Assembly (NCBI GenBank): GCA_049510295.1 | Contig: JBEKZC010000016.1 | Location: forward strand, 1,316-65,315 | Direction: 5' to 3' | Length of the DNA stretch: 64,000 nucleotides | DNA from: Verrucomicrobiota bacterium | GTDB taxonomy: Bacteria; Verrucomicrobiota; Verrucomicrobiia; Limisphaerales; UBA11358 | Shown here: piece by piece, positions 20,140 to 27,929 of the stretch | Position numbering within the stretch: the first letter of the stretch is position 1 | Layout: each line of letters starts with the position of its first letter | Made by a program: the position numbers and the translations under genes | The notes under the pieces: generated by a model | Database searches by the model: none | The model's input: only the letters and a program-made list of their open reading frames with translations | What the model was told of the DNA's origin: nothing

Positions 20140-20415
20140 ATGTTTCGTGTGCAGTTCGCCAAACAACCGCAGCAAATCATTCTCTACACCCGGCCCATGT
20201 GTAGTTGGTGCATGGACGCCAAGGCATGGCTGGATGAGCAAGGTTTGAAATACACCGTGGCCGATGTCGGCACAGACCTCGCCGCCCGGCAAAAGGCCGT
20301 TGCATTGAGCGGCCAGACGCTCGTGCCGGTGATCGAAGTGGATGGTCTCGTGCTCGGCGACTTCGACGTGGAACAGTTTGAAGTGTTTCTGAAAAAGCAC
20401 GGTTATCTGGCTTGA
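20140..20415 (+). CDS. glutaredoxin-family protein
   Basis: 91 aa with the CxxC motif 'CSWC' in 'ILYTRPMCSWCMDAKAWL' and 'TLVPVIEVDG'. Confidence 0.75.
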   Translation: MFRVQFAKQPQQIILYTRPMCSWCMDAKAWLDEQGLKYTVADVGTDLAARQKAVALSGQTLVPVIEVDGLVLGDFDVEQFEVFLKKHGYLA

Positions 20416-21419
20416 CCAGACCAGATGGATTCGATGTTCCGGGCCGGATCAAGCTGGTGCGCCGCCAGCCATTCGGGGTTGAAAAGCTTGGACTGGTATT
20501 TGTGGCCGGAATCGCACAGCAACGTGACGATGGTCTGGCCGGGTCCGTGTTCGCGGGCCAGCCGAACGGCGCCGGCAATGTTAATGCCGGAAGAAAGACC
20601 CAGAAAAATTCCCTCCTCGCGCAACAGTTGATAAACAATCGTCAACGCCTCCTGGTCGGGAATGCGATACGCGAGATCCACCGGCACGCCTTCCAAGTTT
20701 TTCGTCACCCGCATCTGGCCGATGCCTTCGGCGAAGGAATCACCGTCCTTCGTATCGGTGTTGCCATTGGTGAACCATGACCACATTGCCGCGCCGAACG
20801 GGTCGGCGCAGACGATGGCAACCTTGGGATTTTTCTCCTTCAAAAACAACGCCGCGCCCGCCAGTGTGCCGCCGGTTCCTACGGCGGAGACAAAAGCGGA
20901 AACCTTGCCGCCAGTCTGCTCCCAAATCTCCGGGCCAGTCGTGCGGTAATGCGCCAGGCGATTGGCGGTGTTGTCAAACTGGTTCGCCCAGAACCAGCCC
21001 TTCTCCTGCGCGAGCCGCTGGGCAACGCGATTGTAATTGCCGGGATTGCTGTAGGGTTTTTCCGGCACGGTGATGACCTCCGCGCCGAGGGTGCGGAGCA
21101 GGGTGATTTTTTCCGGCGACTGGGTTTCGTTGATGACGATCGCCGTGCGATAGCCTTTCGCATGGCCGATCACCGCGAGTCCAATGCCGGTGTTGCCCGC
21201 CGTGCCTTCCACGATAGTATCGCCTGGCTTCAACAATCCTTTTGCCTCCGCATCGGTAATGATGCCCAGCGCCGCGCGGTCTTTCACCGAGCCGCCGGGG
21301 TTCATGAACTCCGCCTTGCCCAGAATTTCGCAGCCGGTCAGTTCCGAGAGGCGGCGCAGCCGGATCAGCGGCGTGTTGCCAACGTGCTTTTCAATTCCAT
21401 AATAACTCGTGATGCTCAC
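20403..21419 (-). CDS. PLP-dependent cysteine synthase / cystathionine beta-synthase family protein
   Basis: 'GNTPLIRL', 'NPGGSVKDR', 'EGTAGNTGIGLA' and 'AVGTGGTLAG'. I prefer the start at the GTG at 21419 because 'MSITSYYGIEKHVGNTP' then aligns residue for residue with the paralogous fragment '[17 protein letters not shown]'. The track start is 21437. Confidence 0.85.
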   Translation of the reverse strand: MSITSYYGIEKHVGNTPLIRLRRLSELTGCEILGKAEFMNPGGSVKDRAALGIITDAEAKGLLKPGDTIVEGTAGNTGIGLAVIGHAKGYRTAIVINETQSPEKITLLRTLGAEVITVPEKPYSNPGNYNRVAQRLAQEKGWFWANQFDNTANRLAHYRTTGPEIWEQTGGKVSAFVSAVGTGGTLAGAALFLKEKNPKVAIVCADPFGAAMWSWFTNGNTDTKDGDSFAEGIGQMRVTKNLEGVPVDLAYRIPDQEALTIVYQLLREEGIFLGLSSGINIAGAVRLAREHGPGQTIVTLLCDSGHKYQSKLFNPEWLAAHQLDPARNIESIWSGQAR

Positions 21420-21441
21420 AGTGAATATGCTTTCCATTCAC
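21391..21441 (-). CDS. candidate leader peptide uORF (GTG) VNGKHIHCEHHELLWN
   Basis: The GTG lies 5 nt after the GGAAG of motif copy c. It has Lys4 and Cys8. The Cys codon (21420..21418) overlaps the GTG start (21419..21417) of the downstream enzyme gene. Confidence 0.3.
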   Translation of the reverse strand: MNGKHIHCEHHELLWN

Positions 21442-21446
21442 GCGAA

Positions 21447-21465
21447 CTTCCGGTTGTCCGGTCGG
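21447..21465 (-). promoter_or_regulatory. leader motif copy c
   Basis: The plus strand reads 'cttccggttgtccggtcgg', intercistronic between sulfite reductase and the cysteine-synthase-family gene. Confidence 0.45.
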
Positions 21466-21530
21466 TCGGCTGTTTGATTTTCGATTTGGGAACGAGCGGG
21501 CGCCGGTTTGAACCGTTACGCGCCGCAAAT

Positions 21531-23615
21531 TTATTTGGCTGCCGTCCTGAACCGCAGCGATGAATCCAGGTTTTCGTGCAACAAGCGCACCGATGCCACC
21601 AGCGCGGCCACGTCGGCGGGCAGGCCATCGAATTTCTCCGCCGGATTCGCAGCGGCAGCGGCGCGTGCGCCCTCCGCGATGACCGCGGTGAGCGCGGCAT
21701 CCACCAACCCGGCTTCGATGAAATGCTTTTGAAACAACGTGAACGTCTCCACGTCATTCTTAGGCTGTGCCCGCTGAACCACAAGCAGTGCCCGTGCAGC
21801 CGCGAGTGCCGCCGCGTAAAACCGCCCGGCTTCCTGCGACTCGCGCGCGTTGGCGAGGTCCACTTCAATCAAATCGAACACGCCCGCGCTGCATTCACCC
21901 TGCCCGCGCCCGGCCAGTGAAAACAATGCGTCGGCGTCCCAGTCGTAATAAAACTCCTTCCGGCTGGCGATCGGCGGAACGTCCTGATGCCGCGCCAGGA
22001 TTTCCCCGGCGATTTTCCTGCCGTTCTTGTCCACGAACTGGTGGAAGTCGGCCGTGTCGGGGGATTTTTTCCACGCTGTGAGCAAGTCGCGGACAAACGC
22101 CGGCGCATTCTTCGCCGGCACCGCGCCCACGTTGACTCCAAAACGCGATTTGCCTTCGGCCAAACGTCCGCCGAGTTGCACGGCGTAAAATGGGACGAGG
22201 TTTCCGCCCACGCGCCGCGCCGCGCCGGAAAAACCAATGTTTCCAATCGAATGACGACCGCAGGAATTCGGGCAGCCGCTGATGTGGATCGAGAAATCTC
22301 CGAGTCTGTCGAGGTCCAGTTCGCTCGCGCTCAATTCGCTCCGCACCGCCTTGGCGAGTCCGCGCGAAAGGCAGATGCCGAGGCGACAGGTCGAGGCTCC
22401 GGCACAGGCGACAAGATTCCGCAACACCGGCGCTTCGGGTTCGGCCAGGCCGAGCGCCGCGAGCTTCTGATGCACCACCGGCAATTCCGCCGCCGTGATC
22501 CAGCGCAGCCCGGCGTTCTGCGATTGCGTCGCCCAAAGAATGTTGTCGCCGTGCGCCGCCAGAATGTCCGCGAGCGCGGCGGCCTTGCCGGCGGGAATGT
22601 CGCCGAGGGTCAGCGGAATTTGCACGAGGAAAAATCCCGGCTGCTTCTGCGGCGCGACGTTGTGCGCGAACCAGCGGTTGAATTCGGCGGACTCATTTTT
22701 GACTCCGCCATTTTCCGGCACGCTCGTGAGTTGCGTCAAAGGACGCAGTTCCAGCGGCACGGGATTGCCGGCGCGCAACGCGGCCAGTTCCTTTTCATAC
22801 AATTCGCGGAATGCCGGCAGGCCGATTTTCTCGACGAGAAAACGCAGCCGCGCAAGATGCTTGTTTTTGCGGTCGCCATTTTTGTCGAACACGCGCTTGA
22901 TGGCTTCAGCCACGACAAAAGTTTCAGTCGCAGGAATGAATTCGTGCAGCAAACTGGACAGCCGGCTCTTGCCGCCCATGCCGCCTGCGACATAAACCGC
23001 AAAACCGTCCAGGCCGTTTTGCTTCCGGGCGACAAAGCCGACATCATGCACGGTGGCGCCGGAGCAATCCTGGTTGCACGCGGCGAAGGCGATCTTGTAT
23101 TTGCGCGGCAACTGGAGCGAAAGCGGATCGGCCAGCAGCCGCTCCGTGGTGGCCACGGCATACGGTGTCACATCAAAGACCTCGTCGCGGCAGACGCCGG
23201 AATCCACACACGCCGTGATGTTGCGAACCGTGTTGCCGCCGCCGCCTTTCGTGGACAGCCCGGCCTTGGCGAGCAAGCGCAGCGCGGGAATGATTGAATC
23301 CAGCGGCACGCGATGGATTTGAAATTCCTGGCGCGTGGTGATGTGCAAAAGCCCGTTGCCAAATTTCGCCGAGACTTCGCCCAGCCGGCGCAAGCGCGAC
23401 GGCGTCACACCGCCGGCGGGAAAGCGGACGCGCAGCATATAAGTGCCGTTCTCGCGTTGCTCATAAATTCCCGCCGGGACGCGGACGATGCGGAACTGGC
23501 CTTCGTTGATTGCGCCGGACTTGAATTGCTCCACCACGTATTCAAATTCATCCAATTCGTCTTGAATGCGGTCGGAAACCCGGAAAGCCCAGGTGTCTTT
23601 ATGTTGTCTGTGCAT
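21531..23615 (-). CDS. sir: assimilatory sulfite reductase (ferredoxin-type, nitrite/sulfite reductase family) with a C-terminal extension
   Basis: It has NIR_SIR ferredoxin-like and 4Fe-4S/siroheme domains: 'LRVRFPAGGVTPSRLRRLGEVSAKFGNGLLHITTRQEFQIH', 'TACVDSGVC' and 'CPNSCGRH'. The ATG at 23615 is preceded by GAGGA. The track start at 23648 is a TTG. Confidence 0.85.
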   Translation of the reverse strand: MHRQHKDTWAFRVSDRIQDELDEFEYVVEQFKSGAINEGQFRIVRVPAGIYEQRENGTYMLRVRFPAGGVTPSRLRRLGEVSAKFGNGLLHITTRQEFQIHRVPLDSIIPALRLLAKAGLSTKGGGGNTVRNITACVDSGVCRDEVFDVTPYAVATTERLLADPLSLQLPRKYKIAFAACNQDCSGATVHDVGFVARKQNGLDGFAVYVAGGMGGKSRLSSLLHEFIPATETFVVAEAIKRVFDKNGDRKNKHLARLRFLVEKIGLPAFRELYEKELAALRAGNPVPLELRPLTQLTSVPENGGVKNESAEFNRWFAHNVAPQKQPGFFLVQIPLTLGDIPAGKAAALADILAAHGDNILWATQSQNAGLRWITAAELPVVHQKLAALGLAEPEAPVLRNLVACAGASTCRLGICLSRGLAKAVRSELSASELDLDRLGDFSIHISGCPNSCGRHSIGNIGFSGAARRVGGNLVPFYAVQLGGRLAEGKSRFGVNVGAVPAKNAPAFVRDLLTAWKKSPDTADFHQFVDKNGRKIAGEILARHQDVPPIASRKEFYYDWDADALFSLAGRGQGECSAGVFDLIEVDLANARESQEAGRFYAAALAAARALLVVQRAQPKNDVETFTLFQKHFIEAGLVDAALTAVIAEGARAAAAANPAEKFDGLPADVAALVASVRLLHENLDSSLRFRTAAK

Positions 23616-23657
23616 ATTCTTTTCAGTCCTCTTGCATTTTTCAATCAATGCGGAAAA

Positions 23658-24668
23658 TCAAATGATCCAGTCATGCGCGGCTTCTGCTTTCCGCGCGGAC
23701 TTGTCGCGGATGACAAGCTGTTTCTCCTCATAAACTACGAGCGAATCCGGCGGGACACTGTGCATCAGAAACACATTCGCGCCGATGGTCGAGTTGGCGC
23801 CGATGACCGTTTCGCCGCCGAGAATGGTCGAGTTTGGATAAATCGTCACGTTGTCCTCCACGTTCGGATGGCGCTTGCCGCCCTTGACGATGTGGCCAGC
23901 CTCGTCCTTGGCAAAGCTCCGCGCGCCGAGTGTCACACCGTGGTAAAGTTTCACGCGCTTGCCGATTTTGCACGTCTCGCCAATGACCACGCCGGTGCCG
24001 TGGTCTATGAAAAAATGTGAGCCAATTTGCGCGCCCGGATGAATGTCAATACCCGTGCGACTGTGCGCCCATTCCGTCATCATGCGCGGAATGATCGGTG
24101 CGCCGGCGCGATACAAAATATGCGCAAGCCGCTGGATGGTTATGGCCTCGATGAACGGATATGACAGAATGATTTCCTCGCTGTAAAGTGCGGCTGGATC
24201 ACCTTCGTAAGCAGCCTCAATGTCGCTACGCAATAATTCGCGCACCTCGGACAACGAGTCGCAAAAATGCCGGACGATCGGTGGCGTGCGTCCGGTGGGC
24301 TTCTTCGGGTCGCCGATGCGGACGCTTTTGCGCACCTGGTCTTCTAGCTGGATACCCACGGCGGAAAGGCGCTCGCGCGTCAACTCCGCCAGCGTGCCGT
24401 GATGCACCGCGTCGTCGTCGTGGAACCCGGGGAACAGTAATTGCAGCAGCCCTTCACAAATCTGCCCGACGGCGCGCGTGGACGGCATGTTGTGCGCGTC
24501 ACGATTGTTCAGTCCCCCGACCAAGGCGTAAGACGCGATCAACTTCGGCACAAACTGGTCGTAAAAGGTCTCTTCGAAGCCGGGACGAGCGGACAAGTGC
24601 GCGACAGCAGCATCCGCCGAATGGGCCGGGGGCGTGGCGTGGTTCAAATATTCGAGTGCAGGTTTCAT
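23658..24668 (-). CDS. cysE: serine O-acetyltransferase (long form)
   Basis: The hexapeptide-repeat region is 'IHPGAQIGSHFFIDHGTGVVIGETCKIGKRVKLYHGVTLG...IGANSTIGANV'. Confidence 0.85.
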   Translation of the reverse strand: MKPALEYLNHATPPAHSADAAVAHLSARPGFEETFYDQFVPKLIASYALVGGLNNRDAHNMPSTRAVGQICEGLLQLLFPGFHDDDAVHHGTLAELTRERLSAVGIQLEDQVRKSVRIGDPKKPTGRTPPIVRHFCDSLSEVRELLRSDIEAAYEGDPAALYSEEIILSYPFIEAITIQRLAHILYRAGAPIIPRMMTEWAHSRTGIDIHPGAQIGSHFFIDHGTGVVIGETCKIGKRVKLYHGVTLGARSFAKDEAGHIVKGGKRHPNVEDNVTIYPNSTILGGETVIGANSTIGANVFLMHSVPPDSLVVYEEKQLVIRDKSARKAEAAHDWII

Positions 24669-24773
24669 TCGATCTCGTCTTTTTGTATCAAATCAAATAA
24701 ATGTTCCGGGCTTCCGGCGCGCACACGGTATTCAACGCCGGAAACCCGTTTGCCTCGGAGGTTGGGCAAAGCG

Positions 24774-24956
24774 TCAGGCAAATAATTCGTCCTCCAAGGT
24801 GAATCCCCAGTCCAGCCGCCGCAAACGCTCGCGAATTTTGCGCCGCTCGTAACGGTGTTCCACAGCCTTGGCGGCATTGGGGCGCAACCCGCTGGTGCGC
24901 TTGGCAACCGGACTGGTGGCATTGTGGTCGGACTTGGCATTGGTCTGTGTTTTCAT
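24774..24956 (-). CDS. small basic hypothetical protein
   Basis: 60 aa from the internal ATG (MKTQTNAKSD...). It is the first cistron before cysE. I recognise no family. Confidence 0.4.
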   Translation of the reverse strand: MKTQTNAKSDHNATSPVAKRTSGLRPNAAKAVEHRYERRKIRERLRRLDWGFTLEDELFA

Positions 24957-25325
24957 ATTTTCAAAAAATGGTTGCGGATTTTGCAACGCGAGCGGTGGAG
25001 AAGATCCGCCGCCCGCGTCGCGTCTCCTTTGGTTTGAAAACCGGTTGGAAATGAATATTTCAGTCGCATCTTACCTGTGTTTTTCCGATTTTGCCCAAAG
25101 GCCGCTGAAATGAGTGCCGGGTTCCAACCCGGCGGGTTTTGGTCTTTGAGGTGTTTGCACCTCCCCGTGAAGGGGCGGAAAAGTCAGAAATGACCGCGTT
25201 GAGGAGCGGTAAAAGCGCTTCTTGGCCGGTTGAGAAATTGCGGCTGTCGCCCGATCCGGTTTCAGAAGCTGGCAGGTTCCAATACCTGTGTTGAAAATCA
25301 AAACGGCACTGCAATAGCAAGCGCA

Positions 25326-25403
25326 TCAATCCTGCTTGAGCCGCAGGCGAAACGCGTTGAACTGGATTCTGTAAAACAGACATATTAAATGTTTTGTTCT
25401 CAT
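25326..25403 (-). CDS. candidate leader peptide uORF MRTKHLICLFYRIQFNAFRLRLKQD
   Basis: The ATG lies 5 nt after the GGAAG of motif copy d. It has Lys4 and a single Cys at codon 8. About 370 nt of hairpin-rich leader follow before the next ATG. Confidence 0.3.
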   Translation of the reverse strand: MRTKHLICLFYRIQFNAFRLRLKQD

Positions 25404-25408
25404 GGGAA

Positions 25409-25427
25409 CTTCCAGTTGTCCGGTCAG
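25409..25427 (-). promoter_or_regulatory. leader motif copy d
   Basis: The plus strand reads 'cttccagttgtccggtcag'. Confidence 0.45.
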
Positions 25428-25462
25428 TTTCTAGCTTTTATTTAGTGCCAGGCATTTATTTT

Positions 25463-25484
25463 ATATGCGATAACAAGAGTCGTC
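25463..25484. promoter_or_regulatory. candidate Rrf2-type operator
   Basis: 'TGCGAT-aacaaga-GTCGTC' in an AT-rich promoter region. Confidence 0.35.
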
Positions 25485-25557
25485 TTTTTGATTAAAAAAT
25501 GGCAATTCGACCTATTCTAAAGATAGAATTCTAAATTAAAGCCATCGCTCATATTTA

Positions 25558-25584
25558 TATTGACGACAATATAAGTCGTTATTA
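25558..25584. promoter_or_regulatory. candidate Rrf2-type operator
   Basis: 'GACGAC-aatataa-GTCGTT' with AT-rich flanks. Confidence 0.4.
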
Positions 25585-25621
25585 AAGGCCTGTCAACTAT
25601 TTTTTGAATAATTTTTTCCGT

Positions 25622-26026
25622 TCACTCCGTAGCCAGACCGACCTTGGTGATGTCCAGTTGCTGAAGCACGTCCAGCACGTTGATCATGTTCTGGTAATCC
25701 ACATTGTCCGCGCCCTTCACGACGACGCTCAAATCCGGGTTTTCAGACTTGAGCCGCTGCAAATCCGTCTTAAGCTGCGCGACGGTTACGGATTGGTCGT
25801 TCAAGAAAGTTCCTTTCTCATCCACGACGATGCGGTTGATTTTGGGTTTTTCGTTTTGCGGCGGCTGTGGTTTGGGCGAAGGCAGGTTCATCTCCAGATT
25901 GTTCATCATTTGCGGCGTGGTGATGATGAAAATCACCAGCAACACGAACACCAGATCAAGCAACGGCGTGATGTTCAACTCATTCAACGAGCTGTGCTGT
26001 GCGCGGGATGTTTTTTTGAGGCTCAT
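25622..26026 (-). CDS. exbD: ExbD/TolR family biopolymer transport protein
   Basis: 'LNELNITPLLDLVFVLLVIFIITTP', and the C-terminal part is also ExbD-like. The start is at the internal ATG at 26026; the 81-codon upstream extension in the track looks spurious. Confidence 0.85.
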   Translation of the reverse strand: MSLKKTSRAQHSSLNELNITPLLDLVFVLLVIFIITTPQMMNNLEMNLPSPKPQPPQNEKPKINRIVVDEKGTFLNDQSVTVAQLKTDLQRLKSENPDLSVVVKGADNVDYQNMINVLDVLQQLDITKVGLATE

Positions 26027-26691
26027 TGCAGCACGGGTTCGGTATCCGCCTGGACATCGAAGCGAATGACGATGCGCGGCGGGAAATTCGTGGGCGGCGG
26101 GCGGTTCAAATTCGTCATGGCGGCGATGGCCGCGCGCACCGATGCATCCCAGTGCGAATCGCCGGAGCCTTTCTGCCAGACCGGATCGCTGATCTGGCCA
26201 TTGCGGTTCACCGAAACCTCCACCTCGGCGGCGTAATTGTCGTCGGCCATGTTCTCCGGTCGGTTCCATTTCGAGCGGAAGGCGTATTCAATCGCGTTTT
26301 TGTAAATCTCCACCGGATCGGAACTGCTGACAACAGACTTGCCGCCTTCAAATTCAAACGACGGCAGTTCGGCGGCAGGCGGAGCGACGATGGGCGGTGT
26401 GACACTTGGCGGTGCTTTGGCTTCTTCAACTGGTTTTGGCACCTCGACCGGTTTGGGTGTTTCGACAACCTTCGGCGGTTCTATGTTTGGCTTTTCCGGT
26501 TCCTTCGGTTTCTCCGCTGGCTTTTCCTTGATCAAATCAACGGACAGTTTTTTCAGCGGCTGGCCCAGCCAACCCTGGCGCGCGGCAAAATACAGCACCA
26601 CCAACGCGAGCGTCGCGTGAAAGGTGAATGAAATAAGAAAATTCACCTTGGACGAGTTGCGCTTCTTGCGCGCTTGGGTGTGGGGTAGCAT
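26023..26691 (-). CDS. tonB: TonB-like energy transducer
   Basis: It has an N-terminal TM helix, a Pro/Lys/Glu-rich spacer 'EKPAEKPKEPEKPNIEPPKVVETPKPVEVPKPVEE' and a C-terminal TonB-like domain. Confidence 0.75.
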   Translation of the reverse strand: MLPHTQARKKRNSSKVNFLISFTFHATLALVVLYFAARQGWLGQPLKKLSVDLIKEKPAEKPKEPEKPNIEPPKVVETPKPVEVPKPVEEAKAPPSVTPPIVAPPAAELPSFEFEGGKSVVSSSDPVEIYKNAIEYAFRSKWNRPENMADDNYAAEVEVSVNRNGQISDPVWQKGSGDSHWDASVRAAIAAMTNLNRPPPTNFPPRIVIRFDVQADTEPVLQ

Positions 26692-26692
26692 T

Positions 26693-27106
26693 TTATTTGG
26701 TCAATGATTCGGTTGCCAAATCCACCTTCGGCACGTTGGCCTGCTGGCAGACATCCAGCACGGCGCGGATCTGCTTGTATTTCGTCTTGCCGTCGCCGCG
26801 GACGATGATGTTCAGGTCGGGGTCGGCTTCGCGCAGGCCGATGAGTGTCTGAACCATTTCATCCGCCGTGGCCACTTCCTGCTTGTTCAAATACATTTTG
26901 CCGTCGGCCTGGACGGAGATGTAGTTGGCCTTGCGCGGCGGCTCCTTCAGGCGTTTGGCCGCCGTCGGCAGCTTCAGGGCCAGGTCTTTCACAGGCGGGA
27001 TGGTAGTGATGATGAAGATGACCAGCAGCACAAACCCAAGATCCAGCAGCGGAGTGATGTTCAACTCCGTCAGCGAATGATGCACCGATCGCGAACACTT
27101 TTTCAT
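26693..27106 (-). CDS. exbD: ExbD/TolR family protein
   Basis: 'LTELNITPLLDLGFVLLVIFIITT'. Confidence 0.85.
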   Translation of the reverse strand: MKKCSRSVHHSLTELNITPLLDLGFVLLVIFIITTIPPVKDLALKLPTAAKRLKEPPRKANYISVQADGKMYLNKQEVATADEMVQTLIGLREADPDLNIIVRGDGKTKYKQIRAVLDVCQQANVPKVDLATESLTK

Positions 27107-27109
27107 GCG

Positions 27110-27892
27110 TCAGATGGCCGGCGTGTTTTCGCCCATTTCGACGCGCGTCAACGCCCAGGCGATCTTGTCCTCGATGTCGCGGTTGTCCACGTAGGTGTGC
27201 TCAATCTGGTTGGCGTAGCGCGTGGCAAAGCCGTCAAGTTCCTGGGTGATGGAGCGGATGGTCGTCACCATGAAGTTGTAGGCAAACATCGCCGGGATGG
27301 CGACGAGCAGACCGGTCACGGTTGCCACGAGCGCGGCGGCGACACCGGGCGCCATCGCTGTCAGTGTGGCGGCCTGGCTTTCGGCGATGCCCGCGAAGGT
27401 GGACATGACGCCCCAAACCGTTCCGAGCAACCCAATGAACGGCCCGCCCGCCACCGCCGTTGACAAAACAATCATTCCCTTTTCCAGTGCCATTGCCTGT
27501 GTAGCCGCCGCTTCTTCCAACACCACCTTCACCGCCTCGAACGAACTGGGGCTGATGCGGCGCTCGCCTTTGACGGTCACGGGATTGTTCTTTAACTGAT
27601 ACGCCAACTCCTCCGCGCCGCGATCGTATAGCTCGAATGCGGGTGCGCCGTCAAAGTCCTCGCCACGTTTCTTGATGTCCAGCGGGTCGCGCGTGGAAGC
27701 GTAGGCGGCGAAGAACTTTTTGGCCGCCTTGCGCGCGATGTTGAGCTGCCGGAACTTGGTGATGATTATGGTCCAACTGAACAGCGAAAGCACCAGCAGC
27801 GCGATGACTGTGGCCTTGCCTTCAACGGTGGCGTTCTGGATGGCATAAACCGCCGCGTTGGCGGCGAACATGGGGTGGATGAGTGGGGTCAT
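27110..27892 (-). CDS. exbB: MotA/TolQ/ExbB proton-channel protein
   Basis: 260 aa with 'GGPFIGLLGTVWGVMSTF' and 'AALVATVTGLLVAIPA'. Confidence 0.9.
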   Translation of the reverse strand: MTPLIHPMFAANAAVYAIQNATVEGKATVIALLVLSLFSWTIIITKFRQLNIARKAAKKFFAAYASTRDPLDIKKRGEDFDGAPAFELYDRGAEELAYQLKNNPVTVKGERRISPSSFEAVKVVLEEAAATQAMALEKGMIVLSTAVAGGPFIGLLGTVWGVMSTFAGIAESQAATLTAMAPGVAAALVATVTGLLVAIPAMFAYNFMVTTIRSITQELDGFATRYANQIEHTYVDNRDIEDKIAWALTRVEMGENTPAI

Positions 27893-27929
27893 AAATTAGG
27901 TTCTAGGCTCTAGGTTCTGGGGTCTGGTT

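Noticed and set aside
25060-25383. 107-aa ORF inside the cysE-operon leader
   Set aside because: It has no SD and no recognisable family, and it overlaps the better-positioned uORF in another frame. The region has hairpin-rich, non-coding character.
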